64,000 bases of DNA, from contig JAEOSU010000038.1 of the NCBI GenBank assembly GCA_016840165.1, positions 1 to 64,000 on the forward strand, written 5' to 3'. Below, piece by piece: positions 1 through 8,640 of this stretch. Made by a program: the position numbers and the translations under genes. Origin of the DNA: Promethearchaeota archaeon (GTDB lineage Archaea > Asgardarchaeota > Lokiarchaeia > Sigyniarchaeales > SOKP01). The notes beneath the pieces were generated by a model. The model was not told the DNA's origin. It saw only the letters and a list, made by a program, of their open reading frames with translations, and ran no database searches. Each line of letters begins with the position of its first letter. Within the stretch, counting starts at the first letter, position 1.

Positions 1-953
1 ATCCTAAATCTATATACTTTCTTACCTAATCCAGTAAGTACTAGAAATGCAGTAAGAATCATCAATAAAACATCAATTAAAGCCCTAAAAATATCAATTC
101 CAATAGCAAACGACACAGAGCGAAATGAATTTATAAAACTAAAGGATCGAAACCAGAGAACTAACCATATTAGCATATAAAAAATTGAAGAAAATATATT
201 TGGCGTATTATTTTTTCTACTTTTAATATAAAGAAAAATTAAGCGATATGAAGTTAATACAATAATAGCGAAGACAACAATATTCCAGCCATTAAACCAA
301 TAAAGAGGCTCTACTGAATAAGTGGGAGGTTGAGGTTCAAAAAAATATAAAAAACCAAAGTATGTTCCTATTTGAATTAATACTGGTGTGATCAAAGCAA
401 TTAATAAAAATACAATAGATAATATCTCAGTTTTTTTTGATGAATAATCATTATCGATAAGTTTATTGTCTATATTTACAGAAATATTTTCAAATCCAGT
501 TTTAATAAAGAAAATTTGGATAATGTTCCATCCGAAGTAAAGAATGATATAGAAGCCCGGAAGAATATAATCCCATCCCAGAAACTGAATTGGCAATTGA
601 CTAGAAGAGCCAAAAAGGAAATAAAGCAATATTGTAATAGCAGAAAGTATAAAAATAACTAATAGGAACAAAGTTTTTTTCACTTGGTCTTTTTTCTCTT
701 CAGAAAATAAGGTTCTCTCCATCTGAGGAACTCTTCCAATAAAGATAAGAATTAAAAAAGTAAGTGCAAAAGAACTTATAATAAATAAAACAGCATTTCC
801 AAATCCTTGTATCGGATTAAAACTAAGAACAATACAAGAAAGTAGAATTACAATGAAACAGATCGAATATACAGCATGACTCATGCTAAATATGTTGTGA
901 AATGTTAACTGAATTTTTTCTTTAAAATTTAAATCCTTATCAATTTTGGTCAT
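1..953 (-). CDS. Polytopic membrane protein, 3' end runs off the window (not in ORF track)
   Basis: Manual translation from ATG at 953 (MTKIDKDLNFKEKIQLTF...) stays open to the window edge with many hydrophobic segments. Confidence 0.85.
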   Translation of the reverse strand, partial: MTKIDKDLNFKEKIQLTFHNIFSMSHAVYSICFIVILLSCIVLSFNPIQGFGNAVLFIISSFALTFLILIFIGRVPQMERTLFSEEKKDQVKKTLFLLVIFILSAITILLYFLFGSSSQLPIQFLGWDYILPGFYIILYFGWNIIQIFFIKTGFENISVNIDNKLIDNDYSSKKTEILSIVFLLIALITPVLIQIGTYFGFLYFFEPQPPTYSVEPLYWFNGWNIVVFAIIVLTSYRLIFLYIKSRKNNTPNIFSSIFYMLIWLVLWFRSFSFINSFRSVSFAIGIDIFRALIDVLLMILTAFLVLTGLGKKVYRFR

Positions 954-1122
954 ATTATTATTCTCACCACATTCATTAATAAAAAATTTGATCAATTATT
1001 GCATTTTTAAAGAAGGGTTAATTTGGAGAATTTTGTATAGATAATTTTATATATCAAAATGAGTATTTAAAATCTATTTACAATAAAAAACGTATTTATC
1101 AAAAAATTAGAGTTAACTACAT

Positions 1123-3369
1123 ATGAAACATATAAAACTAAGAAAATTTATTTATATTCTTATTTCAATGCTACTTTTCTTGAATATCGCTGGTTTTGTT
1201 TTAAGTAATCTAAATCCAAATCGGACATTGCTAAATGATGACATAAATATTCCTCAAACCTCACAGTTTATCTCAAAAAATATAAGAGTAGCGATATATG
1301 ATGAAGCAAATACCACTACACCATCATATACAGGAGTTGGGCTTTTAACAAACAATCATTCTCTTATTCAAGCTGCTTTAATAGCTGCTGGATATGATGT
1401 AACTCCCCTTACAACCAATCAAATCTATAATCATGAATTAAGAACAGCTGACTATGATGTATTTATAATGGCTGATCACTTACCTAGAGAAAATATTACA
1501 AATTATGTTAAAGAGTTTTGGCTAGGTGGCGGAGCTTTATTATCAATTGAAAGCGCTCTTAGCTATATTTGCTATGCGGGAATTTTACCTCCAGAATCTG
1601 CTGGTGATGATGGATATACAACATATTGGACTTACCAATTTTCAACAGATCAAAACATTACAGCACGTCACCCCGTTTCAAAATCTTATGCTCTTAATGA
1701 TACTTTTACAATAGATGACTCATTTTCATCAGCTACTTTTAGTTGGACTGCTCTTCAGGGCACAAGTATCGCAAATGAAGTAGTAAAAATTGCTACAAGA
1801 CCTGGACTCCCTAATGCTGCCACAGTAGTTGCTTTTGAGCCTCAATCAGCAGGAGGTAAGGTTGTACACCTGCCAAATATCGGAGATATAGAAGATGATA
1901 TGATTTTAATTGATGCGATTGAATGGCTATGTCCCAGACCGAAAGGGCGTCTACTATTCGATTTAACTCATAAACCTGAATATGGAATCGATCCTTGGGA
2001 TGATCTTTCTGATAATCCTGGTTTTTATGAAATTTGGCGAGATAATCTGGTCAATAGATCATATACAATTGATAAATTGTATCCTTCACCTTTTGGAAAT
2101 CTATCAGCATCAAATTTAGCTCCATATGATGTTTTAATACTTAGTTTTACTGATTATAATTACTCTACATCAGAAATCAACGTAGTTAGAGATTGGGTAG
2201 ATAATGGAGGAGGACTTTTTATAATTGGAGACCAACATGACTATCAACCTCATAAAACACTAGCTTTAAATGATTTATTAACTCATTTTGATATATCATT
2301 TAATGAGACTAGCGATGGCACCAATACCGTCACAGAAGTTTTTAATCATCCGATAAATGAAGGAGTCTCTCAAATTACTGCCCTCGCTCCAGGTTTGGTC
2401 AATATAGATGGCAATGCTTTTCCCATTTTAGGTAACGATCTATCAAATATCATTGTAGGGGGCGAAGAGTATGGTGGTGGTAGGATAGTTCTAAATGCAG
2501 ATCTAGCAACTTTAAGGGATTCAGGTATAGAAGATTTTGATAGCCTTCAATTCGGTATTAATCTTGTAAATTGGTTAACTGCGGATGATGCAGAAATATT
2601 GGTATTTGTATATGAACACTCAAGTCCAGATCCAAACGATAATATATATAGGAGTCCTATAGCTACTGCTTTAAACGATCTAGGATGCCCATTTTATATG
2701 ACATTTGATGAGACTTACTTAAATTTAAGTCTCACTGATACTTCATATAAATTAGTCATAATTGATAATGTTATGAATTATATAATGGATACAGTGGGCG
2801 TAACTCTGTTAGAATTCTTAAAATCTGGTGGTTATCTTATTTTGAATACTTGGGAGTATCGCACAGCAACATATAATTATCTATGGGATTATTTAGGCTT
2901 TAGTTACGCTGGAAATTACTTTAATGTACCACAAACAATAAATATTTGGGATACAAATCATCCTATATTTAAAACCCCTGCAGATTATGGAGCAACTACC
3001 ATAGAAACATCATTAAATTTTGCTGGTACAGATTATACTAATTTAACTTTACACAGCAATGCAACTGGAATTGCTGGCTTAACTTCTTCGGCAAACTCTA
3101 GCACGGCTGCTATAATTCTTGGTGCTAACGGTCGTGCTATAACGAATGCAATGCACTTAACTGAATATTATGATGATACAGATGATTCAACGTATCCTGA
3201 CGCATTAGAAATATGGGAAAATGAGATTGCTTATATGGTAGACTTAATGACACCGGTTATAACACCAGGCGGAGGAATTCCGGGTTTTGAAATAGGAACA
3301 TTTTTGCTAGTGACATTTTCTACGATAGGAGTTATTTCTGTTATATCTATAATGAAGAAAAAAAATTAA
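1123..3369 (+). CDS. Cell-surface protein with repeated class-I GATase-like/DUF4350-like domains and a C-terminal IPGF (PGF-CTERM/Loki-CTERM-like) anchor
   Basis: N-terminal hydrophobic signal; repeated 'YDVxI...WxxGGGL' modules; many N-x-S/T sequons; ends GGGIPGF-TM-KKKN. Confidence 0.75.
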   Translation: MKHIKLRKFIYILISMLLFLNIAGFVLSNLNPNRTLLNDDINIPQTSQFISKNIRVAIYDEANTTTPSYTGVGLLTNNHSLIQAALIAAGYDVTPLTTNQIYNHELRTADYDVFIMADHLPRENITNYVKEFWLGGGALLSIESALSYICYAGILPPESAGDDGYTTYWTYQFSTDQNITARHPVSKSYALNDTFTIDDSFSSATFSWTALQGTSIANEVVKIATRPGLPNAATVVAFEPQSAGGKVVHLPNIGDIEDDMILIDAIEWLCPRPKGRLLFDLTHKPEYGIDPWDDLSDNPGFYEIWRDNLVNRSYTIDKLYPSPFGNLSASNLAPYDVLILSFTDYNYSTSEINVVRDWVDNGGGLFIIGDQHDYQPHKTLALNDLLTHFDISFNETSDGTNTVTEVFNHPINEGVSQITALAPGLVNIDGNAFPILGNDLSNIIVGGEEYGGGRIVLNADLATLRDSGIEDFDSLQFGINLVNWLTADDAEILVFVYEHSSPDPNDNIYRSPIATALNDLGCPFYMTFDETYLNLSLTDTSYKLVIIDNVMNYIMDTVGVTLLEFLKSGGYLILNTWEYRTATYNYLWDYLGFSYAGNYFNVPQTINIWDTNHPIFKTPADYGATTIETSLNFAGTDYTNLTLHSNATGIAGLTSSANSSTAAIILGANGRAITNAMHLTEYYDDTDDSTYPDALEIWENEIAYMVDLMTPVITPGGGIPGFEIGTFLLVTFSTIGVISVISIMKKKN

Positions 3370-3385
3370 TCTCTTTTTTTTTATT

Positions 3386-4129
3386 TTATTCTTTTATATG
3401 TCCTAATACCCCAACATAAATAGAGGTTTCATTGATTCCATCAATCTCCAACAGTTGGTTTAACTCATCATCATATATCGCACCGATGGTACAAGCTCCA
3501 AGGTTTAATGCTTCCGCTACTAAATAAAAATTTTGCCCTATGTGTCCTGCATCTAAATATATGTATCTATAGCATCGCTGGGAATATTTCCATTGCGATC
3601 TGTCAATTACTGCTGTCAAGATAAAATTGACACTAGATTTATATGCCATCTCTTGATCCAAGCATCCTTTTGCTACTTCCATTCGAAAATCACCTTTATT
3701 TAGTAATTCAAGATTATGGCTGGCGATATCATAATGATAAACGCCTTGGGATAAATTCGAAACATTATTGATTATTGGATATGTCTCTATTGGATAGAGG
3801 CCTCCCGCAGAAGGGGTAGTTCGAAATGCAAAATTAGGAAACTTACGCGTCAATCCTGTCATTCCATATAACAATAAACTTAATTCCATAATTGATATCG
3901 GAGATGAATTAAAATTACGAGATGATTTCCTATTGGTAATCGCTTTCCAGAATTGAATGCTATCATCAAATTTAGGTTTCGGAAGCTCGACTACATCCAT
4001 TGCATCGGGGTAATTCTTATAAGTTGGAGGTTTATTATCCCAATCCAAATAATGACGTGGTAATTGCCCTCTAATATATTTCGATTTTTTTTGAAACTCA
4101 TCTCCATATGGATCCATACTATCTCCCAT
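3386..4129 (-). CDS. SagB/ThcOx-family FMN-dependent dehydrogenase (nitroreductase fold)
   Basis: Motifs RKSSRNF, RTTPSAGGLYPIETY, YRYIYLDAGHIGQN, LGACTIGA. Confidence 0.9.
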   Translation of the reverse strand: MGDSMDPYGDEFQKKSKYIRGQLPRHYLDWDNKPPTYKNYPDAMDVVELPKPKFDDSIQFWKAITNRKSSRNFNSSPISIMELSLLLYGMTGLTRKFPNFAFRTTPSAGGLYPIETYPIINNVSNLSQGVYHYDIASHNLELLNKGDFRMEVAKGCLDQEMAYKSSVNFILTAVIDRSQWKYSQRCYRYIYLDAGHIGQNFYLVAEALNLGACTIGAIYDDELNQLLEIDGINETSIYVGVLGHIKE

Positions 4130-4217
4130 AACTAAAATGAGTTTAATTAATTTTAAAATATTGAGCTAATAAATTAAAAATAAAGTAATTAAGAATTAAA
4201 AAAAAATAATTGACACA

Positions 4218-4457
4218 TTATTTTACTGCTTCAAAATAGATGTGCCATTGTTCTTCGTCTTCGATAAAATCGGTCCCTAAATGCTTATGTTTCGTTTGTT
4301 TTAATAAATCTCTTGGAACAGACTCACTAGCTGGTTTGTAATCGGTTATGACCTTCAACACAGTACCTGGTCGCATTTTCATAAGCTGTTTTTTTGTTTT
4401 GAGGGCTGGTACAGGGCAAACTAATCCACAAACATTTAATTCCATATCAAAATTCAT
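4218..4457 (-). CDS. tusA: TusA/SirA-family sulfur carrier (second copy)
   Basis: GLVCPVP (CPxP) motif; ATG at 4457 preferred because it follows a GAGAGG SD. Confidence 0.85.
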   Translation of the reverse strand: MNFDMELNVCGLVCPVPALKTKKQLMKMRPGTVLKVITDYKPASESVPRDLLKQTKHKHLGTDFIEDEEQWHIYFEAVK

Positions 4458-4491
4458 ATTTTTTCCTCTCATTTAATTTTTTTAATAAAAT

Positions 4492-6960
4492 TTAAGATTC
4501 ACACAATAGTGTGAAAATGGGTTCATCTCTTCCTTGATCAACTTTCATTTCAAGTTTCATCATCTGTGTTAATCGAAGAGCTTCATATCGTACTTTTTTC
4601 GAGTCTAAGTTCAAGTTTTTTGCAATTTCGCTGATGGTCCCTATTCCTTGAGTAGTGATGTAGTCAAATACTTGTTGTCTGGGTGTTTTTTCAAAAGTCA
4701 TTAATTCTCGTTTTGATTTGAGATTTATCGCTTTGTTTAGCTCCTCTTCGTTTACTTCTCCTTTTTCAAATAAACCCGATTCAATTGCACTCTCTACTAT
4801 TTCCTTACCCCTTTCAGTCCACACCACAACAGTTGTATAACCTTTTTGGGAACCAACCTCTCCTGCGGTTAAATCTGAATAGATTGCAGGAAAGTCTTGA
4901 CAGTGACTACAAAAATGATTACAACTTAAGCATCTACGGGCTTCTTGTAAAGCCATATCCTCATTAAACATTTGATCTATTTCTTCAAAGCTCCAGTTGA
5001 TCTCTTGCGTTGCCTCCTCTAAAGATTCAGGTTTTAATGAATAATCTTTTGGGGGTTTCTTAGGACCAGTAAAGAAAGAATTTACTTTCTTATATCGTCC
5101 TTCTGTTAAACTTTCTCCTTTTAGATATTTATCAATTGAAATAGCAGCTTCTTTTCCGTGAGCAATCGCTGCTATAGCAACCGCTTTTGAATTGTTAATG
5201 ATATCACCACCGGCAAATACTCCAGAAATATTTGTCTCAAAAGTAACTTCATTGACTTTAATTTTATTTCGTTCTTTTTCAAGTTTATTTTCTGTTGCAG
5301 CGTCAATTTGATCAAAATCCACTGCCTGGCCTACTGCAATAACAATTGAGTCTACTGGAATCTTATAATCCGAACCGTCCACTTTATTAAGAGCCTTTCT
5401 GCCATTTTCATCAGGAGCTCCCCATTCAATCTGATAGCAATTTAAAACTAATTTACTATCTTCACTTTGTGTGATTTTAGAGGTCGAAGTTTTAAAGTGA
5501 TATTTCATAAAGTTCATCTCGTTATCGGGGATATCCTTCAATACTAATTCTAATTGTTCTTCAGACATGATATCCACTAAATGCACTTTCTCAGCACCCA
5601 AACGTAAAGCGGTTTGGGCTACATCAACGGCTACTGGACCACCACCAATGATTCCTAATGTTTTTCCCTTGAATTCTTCATTATTTTCCCAATAACGATA
5701 TTTCCTATCCATCAGAAAACTAATCGCAACATGAACATTTGGGAGATCATCACCTTCTAAATGAAGAGTTCGAGGCTTATATTGCCCAGTAGCAATAAAA
5801 AACGCTTCAAACCCATCATTTTTCAAATCCTCGATGGTCATCTCAGGACCTAATGAGCTATTCAGAACTACTTTAACTCCCGATTCAACTATCCTTTCAA
5901 CATCATAGTCTAAAACGTAATTTGGTAAACGAAATTGTGGTACTCCGAATCGAAGCATCCCTCCAGTTTTATCAGTTTTTTCAAATATTGTGGGAGCGTA
6001 TCCTATTTGCCTTAAATAATATGCTGCGGTCAATCCCGCGGGTCCAGAACCAATAATAGCAATCTTTTTAGCATTTTTGTCTATTTTTGGTTTCTTTCTT
6101 GCTTTTGTGGAATTTTCGATTTCCCATTCAGTTACGAATTTTTTTAATTCTCTAATCGCGACAGGATGATCATCTCCTATTAATGTACATCCATGCTCGC
6201 ATTCATTTGTACAAATTCTTCCACAAATTGAAGGTAATGGATTATTTTGACGGATTAAATCTACCGCTTCTTGATACTTTCCTTGTCGAATCAATGAAAT
6301 ATAACCTTGAGCATTTACCCCAGAAGGACACCCATTGCAGCATGGAGAACAGACGATCCCCTTATCAGTAAGTTCAGTTCGCATATGAGAGTTGCAGAAA
6401 AGTCCGAATTTAAATATTTCACGGTTCATTTCTTCTTCTAATTCCGCAGCACCTCGAATCTCACAAGGAACTCCTACAATACCTACTGGTTCTGAGGTTT
6501 CTCCTACAAGTTTCACCAATTTTTCAAGTACTCCAGAACGCCCATAAACCACGCCTGCTTTTTCAACGACTTCTTTTGGATCCGATACTATATCTGCTTC
6601 TGGTTTTTCTTCTATCTCTTGTACCATCACAATCTCAGCTAACTCCTTATTATCTAGCAAGGATTTTGCTAAGGTAGTAACTACTCCACCACTAGCTGCT
6701 TTTGCTAAAATTTCAGGATTTTTACTTCTAAGTGAGTATATAGCTTTTGGCTTCTGTTTTTCAAACTTTTTCTGAATAACTTGGGGACAATTCTGATAAC
6801 ATTTCCCACAGTCTTGTCCTTCACGTTCTAAAATACAATAATCTTTAAGAACAGGGCGTCTAACTTCCATTTCAATATGCTTACACGACCCCACACAGAG
6901 ACCGCATCCCTGGCATAAACCAGCGTCTATTATTTCACTTTTTAATAGTTCAAAACTCAT
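4492..6960 (-). CDS. FrhB/FdhB-family subunit with an inserted GltD/NfnB-like FeS-flavoprotein and a C-terminal winged-helix-like domain
   Basis: N-terminal CxxCxxCxxxC; ASGGVVT, GVPC, GLFC (FrhB); then PCxxxCP..NPLPSICGRIC, GSGPAG, GGMLRFGVP, GGGxVAxD, FAGGD, EARRCLSC (GltD-like); then CSHCxD..DLTAG..G..TTVVVWTERG (FrhB C-terminus). Confidence 0.85.
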   Translation of the reverse strand: MSFELLKSEIIDAGLCQGCGLCVGSCKHIEMEVRRPVLKDYCILEREGQDCGKCYQNCPQVIQKKFEKQKPKAIYSLRSKNPEILAKAASGGVVTTLAKSLLDNKELAEIVMVQEIEEKPEADIVSDPKEVVEKAGVVYGRSGVLEKLVKLVGETSEPVGIVGVPCEIRGAAELEEEMNREIFKFGLFCNSHMRTELTDKGIVCSPCCNGCPSGVNAQGYISLIRQGKYQEAVDLIRQNNPLPSICGRICTNECEHGCTLIGDDHPVAIRELKKFVTEWEIENSTKARKKPKIDKNAKKIAIIGSGPAGLTAAYYLRQIGYAPTIFEKTDKTGGMLRFGVPQFRLPNYVLDYDVERIVESGVKVVLNSSLGPEMTIEDLKNDGFEAFFIATGQYKPRTLHLEGDDLPNVHVAISFLMDRKYRYWENNEEFKGKTLGIIGGGPVAVDVAQTALRLGAEKVHLVDIMSEEQLELVLKDIPDNEMNFMKYHFKTSTSKITQSEDSKLVLNCYQIEWGAPDENGRKALNKVDGSDYKIPVDSIVIAVGQAVDFDQIDAATENKLEKERNKIKVNEVTFETNISGVFAGGDIINNSKAVAIAAIAHGKEAAISIDKYLKGESLTEGRYKKVNSFFTGPKKPPKDYSLKPESLEEATQEINWSFEEIDQMFNEDMALQEARRCLSCNHFCSHCQDFPAIYSDLTAGEVGSQKGYTTVVVWTERGKEIVESAIESGLFEKGEVNEEELNKAINLKSKRELMTFEKTPRQQVFDYITTQGIGTISEIAKNLNLDSKKVRYEALRLTQMMKLEMKVDQGRDEPIFTLLCES

Positions 6961-6962
6961 TT

Positions 6963-8198
6963 TTATCCCTCTTTGATTGTAATTTCTTTAATTACTCCTT
7001 TTGGATCAATACTATAGTTTAAAGACCCATTTTTATAGGTCCCTTCTGCTACTTCAAAAATATGACTTTTGTAGCTTTCAAAATCCTCATTATCATCAAT
7101 TTTCTGTTTAAATCCACCAAAATACACATTAGACAGATTCATGTTTCCAGCAATCTTTCGGATTTTTTCAGTTGTTTCTTTATATTTTTGAGCATCTTTA
7201 TTATTCGTAGCTTCAATTAATTCTGTTTCTAATTCTAATAATTCGCTACGATACTTTTTCGTTTGTTCACTGATTTCTATATTATTCGCTTTTTCATAAG
7301 TTTCAATAATTTTAAGTATTAATGAAATTGATTTATTTCCACCTAATAATCCCGCAATAAGGGGTAATTCTTCGATTAATCTTCCAGTAAAAACATCTTG
7401 AAGTAAATCACCAGAAGATTGCATTCTTCCCCTTGGTAAACCTGAAGTTGGTAAGGTAAATCGAAAGAAATTTCCAAGAATGTCTGGTAAACTATCCGTT
7501 ACATCATCTTCAGCATCCGCAAGTTTGTCAGTAGCTCCTTTTTCAGAATGCTCGGTAGCCATTTCAATATTTCCCATAAGTGTGCCAAACATTCCCAACA
7601 TACGGACTCCAGATCTTTCTACCATAGGTTTGCACCCTCTACACGGAGTATTATAATCGATACACCTTTCTTTGCATTCTTTTGCAATAAATCCATTACA
7701 AAGAAATCCTAAATCATTAAAGCAAGTTTCATTATCTTCAATCTCAATTTGTCTATTTACAGAGTCAAGATATTCACAGGTTGCTCTCCGCTTACATGCA
7801 TTACAAAGTGGTCTGTTCTCTCGCGATTCTTCACCGTTTATTGCTGCAATTAGTTCCTCTATTTCCCCTAAACAACCATCTACAGTAATCTCATTAGAAA
7901 CGAAGTTTTTTAACGGAGTGACTTGATGACCTTTTTGATTTGCTAATGCAAAGATTCCTCCTGTTGTAGTGCAATCCCCAAATGCAATAATTCTTTCAGC
8001 ATTGTTTTGGATATTTTGAACGGAATCTAAATCATTCGGTAATAAATATCCAGTAATTATTGCAACATCCATAGATTCTGCTTTCCACTCGTGAGGATTG
8101 GAAATGAATTCTACCTTAATATTATCCTCTAGCTTTAATAATAAAGTTTCATAGAAACATTTATTACAACCATTAAATTGAAATATTTTAACATCCAT
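6963..8198 (-). CDS. MvhG/FrhG-like hydrogenase small-subunit FeS protein with a ~150-aa C-terminal extension resembling a degenerate large subunit
   Basis: GCNKC, GDCTTTGG, DGC, CNAC, CFxxxGxxCxG..C..C..PCRGC. Confidence 0.8.
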   Translation of the reverse strand: MDVKIFQFNGCNKCFYETLLLKLEDNIKVEFISNPHEWKAESMDVAIITGYLLPNDLDSVQNIQNNAERIIAFGDCTTTGGIFALANQKGHQVTPLKNFVSNEITVDGCLGEIEELIAAINGEESRENRPLCNACKRRATCEYLDSVNRQIEIEDNETCFNDLGFLCNGFIAKECKERCIDYNTPCRGCKPMVERSGVRMLGMFGTLMGNIEMATEHSEKGATDKLADAEDDVTDSLPDILGNFFRFTLPTSGLPRGRMQSSGDLLQDVFTGRLIEELPLIAGLLGGNKSISLILKIIETYEKANNIEISEQTKKYRSELLELETELIEATNNKDAQKYKETTEKIRKIAGNMNLSNVYFGGFKQKIDDNEDFESYKSHIFEVAEGTYKNGSLNYSIDPKGVIKEITIKEG

Positions 8199-8640
8199 AC
8201 TTTATCGTCCCCTCTTCTTTAATTGCTGTGGCTAATCGTTCCACAATATCTTCAAAGTCCCCTACCGCAGTTTCTCCTTCCGCAGCTCTTGAAGTGTACT
8301 GGTTTATGAACTGGTCACTATATCCTAGTTCTTTAAATAACTTTTTCATGAGTTTTATTCTATGCATTGATAATAAGTTTCCATTGAAAAAATGACATGC
8401 CCCTATACAACATCCAACGCATGCAACAGCATCAGCACCGTTATTTAAGGCATCCATAATTTGGATAGGTCCAATTTGACCAGTACATTGAACTCGAACA
8501 ATTCGTATTGCAGGTTCATAAGCCATTCTTGCTACGCCCGCAGTATTTGCTGAGCCTTGACCACATTCATTGCACATAAAAACAACTATGTTTTGAATTT
8601 TCCCTTTTATTTCTTCGTCTATAACTGCACAATCACTCAT
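8188..8640 (-). CDS. mvhD: MvhD/FlpD [2Fe-2S] subunit
   Basis: FMCxxC, RIVRVQCTGQ, GADAV, GCxxGxCHFxxGN; ATG at 8640 overlaps the hdrA stop (ATGA). Confidence 0.9.
   Translation of the reverse strand: MSDCAVIDEEIKGKIQNIVVFMCNECGQGSANTAGVARMAYEPAIRIVRVQCTGQIGPIQIMDALNNGADAVACVGCCIGACHFFNGNLLSMHRIKLMKKLFKELGYSDQFINQYTSRAAEGETAVGDFEDIVERLATAIKEEGTIKYGC

Noticed and set aside
3386-4129. SagB-like gene as part of a RiPP (azole) biosynthetic cluster
   Set aside because: No YcaO or precursor peptide nearby; stand-alone SagB-like genes are common in archaea
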